Positions 1 to 10,533 of a DNA stretch of 64,000 nucleotides are shown in pieces. The number at the start of each line of letters is the position of its first letter. Positions within the stretch are counted from its first letter, which is position 1. The position numbers and the translations under genes are program-made. The DNA comes from Leucoraja erinacea. Taxonomy: Eukaryota. The stretch is taken from NCBI RefSeq assembly GCF_028641065.1, contig NC_073412.1, positions 7,502,001 through 7,566,000 of the forward strand, read 5' to 3'. The notes under the pieces are model-generated. The model was not told the DNA's origin and searched no databases. It was given only the letters and a program-made list of their open reading frames with translations.

Positions 1-400
1 GAGTAAGTGAAACAAGCCGGACACTTTGTTTTGTGTGCTATCCTATGGAACACATCTAAAGGTCTAAGCGGAAGCTGCAGAGGGGATTTCCGCCTTTTCT
101 GTTGCTGCTCCCACTCTGGACACACCTTGCCGTTTGCCCATCACAGTCCCCCTCAAAAAACTGGTCCAATCTTCAAATCCACCCTACTGGGAAAATTGTA
201 GTGGATAAAATCAGATCCTCTTCTGGGATAGCAGTCAAAGAGTGCCAATACACTTGCAACTTTCAGGGCTCAAGTCTCCCAAATGTCAATGATCTTGGCT
301 TGGAAGATAATTTCAGGTGCAAGACACAACATGCTTTGTCAAACTAAACAGCCAACATTTAATTCAAATGAGGTACGTACAGAGGAATTCACGGCACAGA

Positions 401-406
401 TTTATT
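401..406 (-). terminator. candidate polyadenylation signal of HDDC3
   Basis: AATAAA on the minus strand ~160 nt downstream of the stop codon. Confidence 0.5.
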
Positions 407-563
407 CAGTCCAAAGACAAATAGCATGAAGAGGAAATGATTCTTCAATGTTTAGCTTTATCTTGGAACAAGATGGATATTTAAAGTTGTGCATATTACA
501 GTAACATTCTACATTGTGCGTCCGTTAAGAAAGGCCACACAGAATCAGTTAACCGGTGACCCA

Positions 564-697
564 TTACCGAGTGAAAATGTTTCGTTCTTTAAACAGACCA
601 GCCAGGCTATTTTCCAGGGTCTGATTCGTCCCTTGAAGTCCAGCGACTACTTTGGAAGCCCAGATGAAATATTCTTCAACTCTTTCCTCGGTCCATC
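564..697 (-). CDS. HDDC3: HDDC3 exon 4 (last coding exon)
   Basis: AG acceptor at 698-699; WTEERVEEYFIWASKVVAGLQGTNQTLENSLAGLFKERNIFTR then TAA at 564-566. Confidence 0.92.
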
Positions 698-3600
698 CTG
701 AGCAATGATTCAATAGAAGTCAGAGTAAGATAAGGTTCCAACCATGTAGAGGTGTCTCTACCCTCTGGTACAATCCATTCCCCACTCTAATGCAAACCGG
801 CCATAATGTAGCATCTTATCACATTCCTCTATGCCACATACTTTGGTGGAGGGACGTTTGTAGCCAAATGCAACATTTGTCTTTCATAATGTATTGACCA
901 ACAAACCTTTGATTCCCTATTCAGTTGGTCAGGGTATTTATCCCAACACCAGGGCTGAGGGCATGGGCAGCACAGCGAACTGTGGAAGCAACAGTCTCAT
1001 TGGCAAATGTTCAAATTACAATCAGAGAAAGAAGCTAAAATGAATCATTGCAAATGGCATCTTGTGTGTAAAGTGTACAGTGCATTTCAATTTGAGGAAA
1101 GAATACGGCACCATCTTAGGAAATTAGCTCAGTATGGGAGAGAGGGGGCAGGCATGTGAAGTGGCAAGGAGTGGCAAAAGACACAAAGTGCTGAAGTAAC
1201 TCAGTGGGTCAGGCAACATCTCTGGAAAACATGGATAGCCAATGTTTTGGTTTGGGACCCTTCAGACTCTCCTACTGGGTAACTTTAAGTGTCCAGAGGC
1301 ATGAATTCAAAACCTAATGAACCAAAACCTAATTTATTAAATCTGGAATGAGAAGCCAGTCCCAGAGATGGCGTCCATACAGCTACTGGATTATCAGACA
1401 AAACCATGTGGTTGACAACTTCCAGCAGCAAAGGGTGTATGCCATATTTACTCAGTCTTTATCGACACCCTTTATGTGGCATATCTTGGGTATGCAAAAC
1501 AAAGAATATCACTGTGACTTGTCACCTGTGACAATAAAGTATAATTAATCAATTAATTAATTCATCCATTCATTCATTCAGTCATTCATTCATTCATTCA
1601 TTCATTCATTCATTCATTCATTCATCATTTATCTTGCCCGCATGTGACTCAGTTCCACCACTTGGCCGACTCTTGACTGAATGGCCCAGTGATCCTTTCA
1701 GTTCAGGGAAGACAGTCAGAACCTTTTCCTCCAGGATGGAAGAATCAAATCCCAGAGGATATAGCTATCTGGCGAGAGTGGCAAAGTTTAAAGATATGCA
1801 GGACAGGTATTTTTTAACACACAGAGAGTGGTGAGTGCCTGAATGCCCTTGCTGGGGTGGTGGTGAAGGCAGATGCATTAGTGGCGTTTGAGAATCTTTT
1901 GGATAGGAAGGGATATGGATTATGTGCAGGCAGGTAAGAGTTGGTCTTGGCATCATGTTCAGCTCAGACTAACATAGAAACATAGAAATTAGGTGCAGGA
2001 GTAGGCCATTCAGCCCTTCGAGCCTGCACCGCCATTCAATATGATCATGGCTGATCATCCAACTCAATATCCCGTACCTGCCTTCTCTCCATACCCCCTG
2101 ATCCCCTTGGCCACAAGGGCCACATCTAATTCCCTCTTAAATATAGCCAATGAACTGGACTCAACTACCCTCTGTGGCAGAGAGATCCAGAGATTCACCA
2201 CTCTCTGTGTGAAAAAAGTTCTCCTCATCTCGGTTTTAAAGGATTTCCCCCTTATCCTTAAGCTGTGACCCCTTGTCCTGGACTTCCCCAACATCGGGAA
2301 CAATCTTCCTGCATCTAGCCTGTCCAACCCCTTAAGAATTTTGTAAGTTTCTATAAGATCCCCTCTCAATCTCCTAAATTCTAGAGAGTATTTCAGGCTA
2401 TGGTCTGAAGGGCCTGTCCCTTTCACTGTATTGTTGCATGTTCAATAGGCCTGAGGTCAGTGGATTCAAGTCAAGAGTGGGGGAACAATGGCATAAAGAG
2501 TAACACCCTTGGAGATAGACACAAGACGTGGATCCGAGCTGAGAGTCGGAGTCAGAATGGCACTGACCTCTTGGCGTGCAGCGCTTGAGATCCCGCAGAT
2601 TGTACAGTTTGTCTGCCAGTTTCACCAGTTTGGCTTCACGGCTGCAGTGGGGCGCGTGCTGGATCTGAAGCTCCTTCCGCGCCGCCTTCGAGAGGGCTTT
2701 ATCGTCCGTCACCTCGGCAACGACACTCCGGACCTTCTCTCCAAACTTCTCCTCGATCTCTGCCAGCGTGGTGTCAGTGTCCTCAACCGTGTCATGGAGA
2801 AGTGCGGCCTTGAGGGAAAGCACAGGAGGATCTAGGTCAGAAAGCACAGGGGCATCCCAGTCCCAACTAGGCCAACACTTGGTTGGTGCAACATTCAGCT
2901 CTCGATCAGAGGTTCGAAAACAATATCACATAATCTGAGGTAGACAGAAAATGCTGGAGAAACTCAGCAGGTGAGGTAGCATCTGTGGATTTCTCCAGCA
3001 TTTCTTGTCTCCATAGATGCTGCCTCACCCACTGAGTTTCTCCAGCATTTCTTGTCTACCTTCCAGCATCTACAGTTCTTTCTTAAACATCATGTAATAT
3101 GGCCTTATGCAGGGGGAGTGTTGTGTAATAATAAATCATAAAGTATCTTTATGAATGAGAGGGGAACCTAGTTTCAGACATAACACGCAAGTGTACGGGC
3201 ACAGGCCTTTCGGATCGAATGGTCTGCTATTTTGCCAAGATCTGGATGCACAGTGGCGCAGCAGTAGAGCTGCTGCCTTACAGCGTCAGAGATCCTAACT
3301 ACAGGTGCTGTCAGTACGGAGTTTGCACGTTCTCCCTGTGACTGCGGGGGTTTTCTCCGGGTGTTCCTTTTTCCTCCCGCACTCCAAAGATGTCCAGGTT
3401 TGTAGGTTAATTGGCCGGTAAAATTGTAAATTGTCCCTAGTGTATAGGATAGTGCTAGTGTACGGAATGATCGCTGGTCAGCGTGGATTTGGTGAGCCGA
3501 TGGGCCCATTTTCTGCTCTCTAAAGTAAAAATCTCTATCATTCATAAAGGGTAGATAGAAGGGAACTGTGTGAAGCCCAGGCAACAACATCCTTAAACGG

Positions 3601-5888
3601 CCAAGATAGACTCACTAAGGAGATAATTTAAAAGATATTCACCTGCAAGACAACCACATCTGTAATTGCTGCTTCATGGGACAGGATTCGAGAAACGCCT
3701 ATAAACAGAAAGAAAAGCAATTCCCAACCTGTAACATTCTCATTGGCAAATGTTCAACACAATCAGAGAAAGAAACAAAAATGAATCATTGCTGACAGGA
3801 TCTGGTGTGTAAAGTGTGCAGTGCACTACACATGGAGGAAAGAGTAAGGTATCATCTTAGAAAATGAGCTCTGTATGGAAAGAGGGGGCAGGCATGTGAG
3901 GGAGCAAGGAATTCCACAGATTCACAACTCTCTGGGTGAAAAAGTTTTTCCTTATCTCAGTCCTAAATGGCCTACCCCTTATTCTTAAACCCCTGGTTCT
4001 GGCCTCCCCCAACATGGGGAACATCTAGCCTGTCCAATCCCTTAAGAATTGTATATGTTTCTATTTGAAAGAGAAATAATCAAGGGGACTGGCTGTTCAA
4101 AATAAATAATTGTAGATGACAAAGTTAGACACAAAATGCTTGAATAACTCAACGGGTCAGGCATCATCTTTGGAGAACATGGACAGGTGATGTTTTTGGT
4201 CAGGACCCTTCACTGGAAGAAGGTTCCCAACCCAAAACATTACCTATCAATTTTCTCCAGAGACACAGCCTGATCTACTGAGTTACTTCAGCATTTTGCA
4301 TCTATCTTTGGTATAAACCAGCATCTGCCATCCCTTTGTATTACAGTGAGCTTAACACAGAGAAATGAAACACCTCCAAGCACTGATTAGAAGTAGGAGT
4401 AAGCATCTCCAAACCACTCCACCAATTAATACGATGATGACCAATCTGATTGTAACCTCAACCCTGCTTGCTGCTTGCCTCCGGTAACATTTCCCCCATC
4501 AGGAATTTATCTATCTCAGTCTCGACATTATGAATGAATGTAGACAAAAGTGCTGGAGAAACTCAGCAGGTGGGGCAGCATCCATGGAGCGAAGGAAATA
4601 GGCAACGTTTCGGGCCGAAACCCTTATTCATTCATTCATTCTGAAGAAGTTTATTGGCCAAGTATTCACATACAAGGAATTTGCCTTGGTGCTCCGCCCG
4701 CAAGTGACAACGATATACAGTGACAGTTAGGAATGACACATTAAACATTAATAATAAAACATTATTGATTAAACATGTGAATTAAATAAAATACCAGAGC
4801 AAAAGGAGACTACAGATTTTTGGTTATTGAGTAGGGCTACTGCTCGTGGAAAAAAAGCTGTTTTTATGTCTGGCTGTTTGAAAGACTCTTTCCATTGCCT
4901 TTTGAGGAAGTTATAAACACTCAGCTCTGTGAAGAAAACGTGTGTGTCATTTGGAAGGTAGAGTTCACTAACACTGATGTTCTTCTGAAATGTGTAGGAA
5001 GGAACTGCAGATGCCTGTTTAAAGTGTAGACACAAAAAGCTGGAGTAACTCAGCGGGACAGGCAGCATCTCTGGAGAGAAGGAATGGGTGACGTTTCGGG
5101 TCGAGACCCTTCTTCAGGCTGAAAAGTCACCCCATTCCTTCTCTCCCGAGATGCTGCCTGTCCTGCTGAGTTACTCTAGTTTTTTGTGTCTATCTTCACC
5201 AACACTGGTGTTCTTCATAAAAATAACCCGCAAGTTGTCACCCCACAATCAGCAATGGCTTCAACTGTGGGACCCCTCACAGTTGCAGTAAAACTCTGTA
5301 CAGTCTCTTAATGACTCAGAGCATTAACTTTTCTATCCTGCAAAACTCACAGCTTAAAGGACTTCAACGTTTCTCCACCTTGGTCAAAATAGAGTACCTA
5401 TCTTTCGTTGGCTGTGGGAATGTACTGCTGTATAGCTCACAAGGCGACAGTATATGGCATAGATAGTGCTGGAGTAACTCAGCGGGTCAGGCAGCACCTC
5501 TGGAGAACATGGATAGGTGGTGTTTTGGGACCTTTCTGCTAGTGTTGGACCGAATGGCCTGCTGGTGACAGTGGGCCAACCATTCAAAAGTAATTTACGA
5601 CTGAAACAATACAAGACACCTTGAAATATATGTCTCTCTTTCTGCGAAACAGCCTGTACTCCGGGAACAGGAAATAGATTGTAGCAAACCTTGTGTTTGG
5701 ATACAGTGAACGCGGGAGGGATTTCCTTAGTAATTTACAAACGGGCCGAGCGGACCCCACCCCCCATTTTCCTTACCCAGGGGATGGTTGATGTACGGGG
5801 TTTGCTCCGGGTCTTTGCGCCGCTGGCTTTTGTGTTTTCTCGCCGCAAAATCGGCAGCGTCAAGGATTCGCTGCACGTCTGAGGCCAT
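564..5888 (-). CDS. HDDC3: HD domain-containing protein 3 (MESH1, ppGpp/NADPH phosphatase); 4 coding exons 5777-5888, 3643-3698, 2568-2808, 564-697; 180 aa
   Basis: Spliced translation MASDVQRILDAADFAARKHKSQRRKDPEQTPYINHPLG-VSRILSHEAAITDVVVLQ-AALLHDTVEDT...KLVKLADKLYNLRDL...-GWTEERVEEYFIWA...NIFTR*; HD motif; all introns GT-AG; 112+56+241+134=543 nt, frame consistent. Confidence 0.96.
1561..1625. repeat. (TTCA)n microsatellite
   Basis: Direct reading of the tandem repeat. Confidence 0.9.
1971..2390 (-). mobile_element. CR1/HER1-like LINE 3' fragment
   Basis: ORF2 C-terminus LEFRRLRGDLIETYKILKG...FFTQRVVNLWISLP and TTTCTATG tail repeats. Confidence 0.9.
2568..2808 (-). CDS. HDDC3: HDDC3 exon 3
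   Basis: AALLHDTVEDTDTT...RCTPR; AG/GT boundaries; 241 nt. Confidence 0.95.
3247..3525 (+). mobile_element. HE1-like tRNA-derived SINE
   Basis: tRNA-like head GCACAGTGGCGCAGCAGTAGAG, central domain and LINE-like tail shared with many other copies in the window. Confidence 0.8.
3643..3698 (-). CDS. HDDC3: HDDC3 exon 2
   Basis: VSRILSHEAAITDVVVLQ; 56 nt; AG/GT boundaries; phases fit neighbours. Confidence 0.93.
5090..5117 (-). ncRNA. minimal hammerhead ribozyme core in a PLE terminal module
   Basis: Minus strand CTGAAGA-A-GGGTCTCGACCC-GAAACGTC: catalytic core, stem II, palindromic ACGU stem III, GUC triplet. Confidence 0.7.
5777..5888 (-). CDS. HDDC3: HDDC3 exon 1 (coding part)
   Basis: GCCATGG Kozak context; MASDVQRILDAADFAARKHKSQRRKDPEQTPYINHPL; GTAAG donor. 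Confidence 0.94.
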
Positions 5889-6354
5889 GGCGCTGTGTGT
5901 CCAGGGGAGGAGCAGAGAGGCACCCACAGCGTGCCCGGCTAAGGGCACAAACCCGCCCCCAAACCTGCACTCGTCCTCGGCACAAGCTGCTATTGCCCGG
6001 GGCTGAACCCCCTTTTATCTGCTCTTCACCTCCAGCCTTTGTCACTAATTCTACCCACCTGCCCAATCAAACCTTAACAGACTTTGTCAAGAGTTCAAGA
6101 AAGTTTATTGTCATTTTATGTCCCAGATAGGACAATGAAATTCTTGCTTTCAAGTCAAGTCAAGCCATTTTTATTTATATAGCACATTTAAAAACCAATT
6201 TCGTTGGGCAAAGTGCTTTACATTGGTATAAGAATAGTATAACAAACAACAGTGGTTCTTAGATTAAATACAATAGATTAAATTGCTTCCACACTATAGA
6301 ATATTGTAGGCATAAGTAAATACAGAACAGATCAGTGTGTCCTTATACCATTGA

Positions 6355-6355
6355 A

Positions 6356-6417
<62 letters not shown>
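6355..6417. repeat. (TA)n(CA)n microsatellite
   Basis: Direct reading. Confidence 0.9.
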
Positions 6418-6494
6418 TAAATAAGCATATAAAGTGCAATAGGCTATTAAAGTTCAGATTTTTGTTTGAGTTTAGTAGTCTCAAACAATCTGGA

Positions 6495-6808
6495 GATCCG
6501 GAGCGGAGACGGCATTCCGGCTTTCGGTGGCGGCGACATCACCACGGAGGTCCGCTGGACTGGAGGACGGCATCTTCGGCCTGGATCGATCGCCTCAGCG
6601 CAGAGGGAGAACAAGGAGGGAAGAGACGGAGACTAAGACTTTGCCTCCATCACAGTGAGGATGTGCTTGGTGAACTCACTGTGGTGGATGTTTAATTTGT
6701 GTTTATTGTATGTTTTGTTATTATTGTTTCTGTGTATGACTGCAGGCAACATCATTTCGTTCAGACCGAAAGGTCTGAATGACAATAAAGGATCTATCTA
6801 TCTATCTA
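6495..6808 (+). mobile_element. GC-rich short retroposon with hairpin-TGACAATAAA-(TCTA)n tail
   Basis: Shares the CTTTG..CCTYCCNYCACAGTG...TGTGGNGGAT core and tail architecture with 8254-8580, 10660-11055 and 40245-40790. Confidence 0.55.
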
Positions 6809-9426
6809 TGTGCGTCTCAAACGCAATAACCCTTAACAATCTCCACCCTTCTATTCAAACACAGCTTTACACTGTAACTTGATACAAGTGACAGTAAACT
6901 AAACCATCCTGTCATATGCTCCACAACCTGAACATGTTGGATTTTTTAAAAATGTGTTACTTCAGACTAAAGGTCACAATTTAACAAAAGGTGCTGGAAT
7001 AACTAACTCAGCAGTTCTGACGGATCCTGACCCAAAGCGCCATCTCCTGGAATGTGGTTTCTTGGAATGTGGTTTGACCTGCTGAGTTACTCCAGCACTT
7101 TGTGTACTTTAAAAAAAAATTGAAATCTTATCCTCGGCTATCCTTGAGCACAGCAACTCCTGTGGCATGCTTCCCCTGGCTTCTGCTAGTCCACCAGTCG
7201 AGCAAGGCCTTCAGTAAACCAGTGGGTTTCATCTGAACCCTCCCTGAGAACATCTGGATATTTAGTTCAGTTTAGTATATTTGGTACCGAGGTACAGTGA
7301 AAAGCTTTTATTGCATGCTAACCAGTCAGCAGAAAGACAATACATGATTACAATCGATCCATTTACAGTGTATAGATACAGTCATAGAGTGATACAGTGT
7401 GCAAACAGGCCCTTCGGCCCAACTTACCTACACCAACCAACATGTCCCAGCTACACTAGTCCCACCTGCCTGCGCTTAGTCCAAATTATCCATGTACCTG
7501 TCTGTTTCTTAAATGTTGGGATAGTCTCAGACTCAACTACCTCCTCTGGCAGCTTGTTCCATACACCCACCACCCTCTGTATGAAAATGTTACCTGTTAG
7601 ATTAAACATTTTCCCCTTCACCTTGAACCTATGATCCTCGATTTACCTACTGTCAAGACACGATAAGGGAATAACGTTTAGAGCAAGGTAATCCCAGCAA
7701 AATCCGATCAAGGATAGTCCAAGGGTCACCAATGAGGTAGATAGCTCTGGACTGCTCTCTGGTTGTGGTAGGATGATTCAGATGCCCGATAACAGCTGGG
7801 AAGAAACTGTCAATGAATCTGGAGATGTGCGTTTTCATAATTCTGTGCCTGATCTTTTTTGTTTTCACATCTTTTGCCTGATGGGAGAGGGGAGAAGAGG
7901 GAGTGGACATGAAGGACATGAACCTCAGCAGACAGTTGATTCAGACAGACCCCTCAACAGCTGTTGCCTGGACCTGTGAATGGCATTTTGGCCAGGCCCA
8001 GAAGACTGAGGAGATGGACACTTGATTGATTCACCCCCATCCACATCAGGGGCCCAAAGGCAAGGAGAGGCTGAACTGCAAGCACTAGCTGAAAGTCCCC
8101 CTTCAAACATCCAAGGGCTGCAACCCCGCACACAAATAAACACCGTGTAGCATCTCCCCCAGGCCACGGAAAGTCTGAAGATCTTGACTCAGAACGTCAT
8201 CTATTCATGCTCTCCAAAGACGCTGCCTGACCTGCTGAGTTACTCCAGCACTTACAATACAATACAATACGGTTTTATTTGTCACATTGCACATAAAGTG
8301 CAAGTGAAATGAATTTGCCAGCAGCGGTACAATGATAAAGAACACACAAAAACACAATAACAATTTAACACAGACATCCACCACAGCATTCATCACTGTG
8401 GTGGAAGGCACAAAAATTTGGCCAGTCCTCCTCCATTTTCCCCCGTGGTCGGGACCTCAGCCCTCCGCAGCCATCGCTGCGGGCGTCCGGATGTTCAGAC
8501 AAGGTAAGTCCTGAATCGGTGCCTCCCCACCAGAGACCGCGGCTTCGAGATGGTGTAGGCCGCAGGCCGGCGGTCAAAGATTTAAAGATAATAGGACTTT
8601 GTGTCCTATTGTATACTAACCAGCATCTGCAGTTCTTTATTTCTATCAGAAATAGCAGGTGGCCTGCAGAGTCCAAACCAGTTGATTTGAGAGTGTGTGA
8701 AGAGATGGTGCATACAAACATTTTAACTTAATACTGAAAGAACCACACCACACCACACCATGGAAGGATGATCAGAATTGGCTTTAATTTCAGTTTATTA
8801 CGTCCACTCTGGGAACATTCACAGAAGCATTTCAAAAGCTTTGACCGTAGGCAATCTTGTTTAACACAAGGTGCTCTCTGAGGCAGGGACTCCCCAATGG
8901 CTTCAACACTCAATATCATCCATCCAAGAATTCCACAGCTGATACCCAACATGTCTGTCGCTTTACTCCCTCCACATCAGACTGCCACTATCTCAATCAG
9001 TGCCTGCACTTCCCAGAGGTGAAGCACCTCAGATAAGACAGTAAACAAAGATCTTATAGCCCTTGATTAGCACTTGGCTAGATTCTTGAGTAGCACAGGT
9101 GTCAGAGGTTATAGGGAAAAAGCAGGAGAATGGGGTTTGGAGGGAGAGATAGATCAGCCACGATTGAATGGCAGTTTAGACTTGATGGGCTGAATGGCCT
9201 AATTCTACTCCTATTCATTATGACCTTATGACTTTTCAAATGTACAGAAGTTCTCAGTGGTGCTCCGATAAGATTTTATCCCCAAAGTGTGACAAAAAAA
9301 TGATCACCTCATTACCATGCTGCTGCCGTGGGATCTTGCTGTGTGCAGATTGGTGGCTTTTTTTTGCTACAGAACAAATGTGACTGCAAGTCAAAATTAC
9401 TTGACCAGTTGTGAAACACTCTTGAG

Positions 9427-9825
9427 CAAAGATCCTATAGCGAGCAAGGTAGATCACTCGGCGAAAAAGATGTAGTTCGGTCATGGGCAGATTCATGGAT
9501 AATTTTCGGCCCCATTTCCGTAACCGGCTTCCGTCTCCGCACCAAAGATCCCGTAGCGGAGCAAAGATACTAGTGCGGAGACGGAAGCCGGTTACGGAAA
9601 CGTCCTCGTAAAAATAAAAGTTCTTTGGTAAAAATCTTCTCATCATTTTCAGAATTTTAATTTATTAACACAAACTGTTCCCCCACAACTTCGATTACAC
9701 CGCAAGTCGGGTCGGGTTACGGAAATGGATGAAGAAAAGGCCCACGTTCCGGTCCGTTGCATACTACACGTCAGCCCATTGCATTTAGCAGGAGTGGTTT
9801 ATCTTGCTCCGCTATAGGATCTTTG
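9427..9825. mobile_element. non-autonomous DNA transposon (MITE) with 8-bp TSD (hAT- or P-type)
   Basis: TIRs CAAAGATCCTATAGCG; perfect TSD CTCTTGAG at 9419-9426 and 9826-9833. Confidence 0.88.
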
Positions 9826-9899
9826 CTCTTGAGATCCCACCAGGCAATGAAAGGGGCCACAGACATCTGTCTCCCTCTTTCACAAACACTAAATGCATG

Positions 9900-10533
9900 T
9901 CAGTCTTCCTGTTTGGGATTATTTAAGTGTTTACTAATCCTATAAAGGAAATTGCCATCCTGGTCATAAAACTCATGGTCTTTCTGGACAACGACAATGT
10001 GATTTTCCTTCCCTCTGCCAGCGAGTTCCTCCAATTCCTGGTCCATTTTCCCAGCAGTATCAAGCTGCTCATCGCTGGAGGTGTCACAGAGTTCCCTGCC
10101 TTTCCCCCTCCCTTTGCCAGTTGCTCCCTTCCTCCTGGTGTTGGCCTTCACAACCCCACCTTGGTCAGCGAGCTCGATACCAGTTCTCTGCTGGATTGGC
10201 TTGGATCTTCCCACCTTCTTCTCCCCGGCTCTGCTCGGAGGGAGAACGGGAAGAGCGTCTGGCCCCGGAGATAGTCTGGCCAGAGGTGCCTTATCCGCCA
10301 CCAGTTTGTAGTCGGCCAGGACTGAGTTCTGCGGTAAACCGATGGCCGCTTGTTTCGTTCGGGGCGAGAGAGTCGGGTTCAGTGCTGCAACTGTCGCATC
10401 CTGTTTCATCCTCCTCTCCGGCGAAGGGACAAACCTACTCCGCAGAACTCTCCGGATGACGTCCTCGCTCACCGAAAACCCCTCGGCCAGCTGTGACACG
10501 CTCCACTCCTCCGGAAACTGTGCCTTCAAAAAC
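9900..10533 (-). CDS. NGRN: NGRN exon 3
   Basis: TGCAG acceptor; FLKAQFPEEW...NPKQED then TGA. Confidence 0.94.

Noticed and set aside
102-347. 81-aa plus-strand ORF at the window start
   Set aside because: Non-ATG start, no recognisable similarity; lies downstream of HDDC3 in probable UTR or intergenic DNA.
2041-2268. Recurrent 75-aa ORF MIMADHPTQYPVPAFSPYP... (also 22987, 27054, 47196, 53580, 54640, 59368)
   Set aside because: Antisense reading of CR1 LINE 3' ends, not a gene family.
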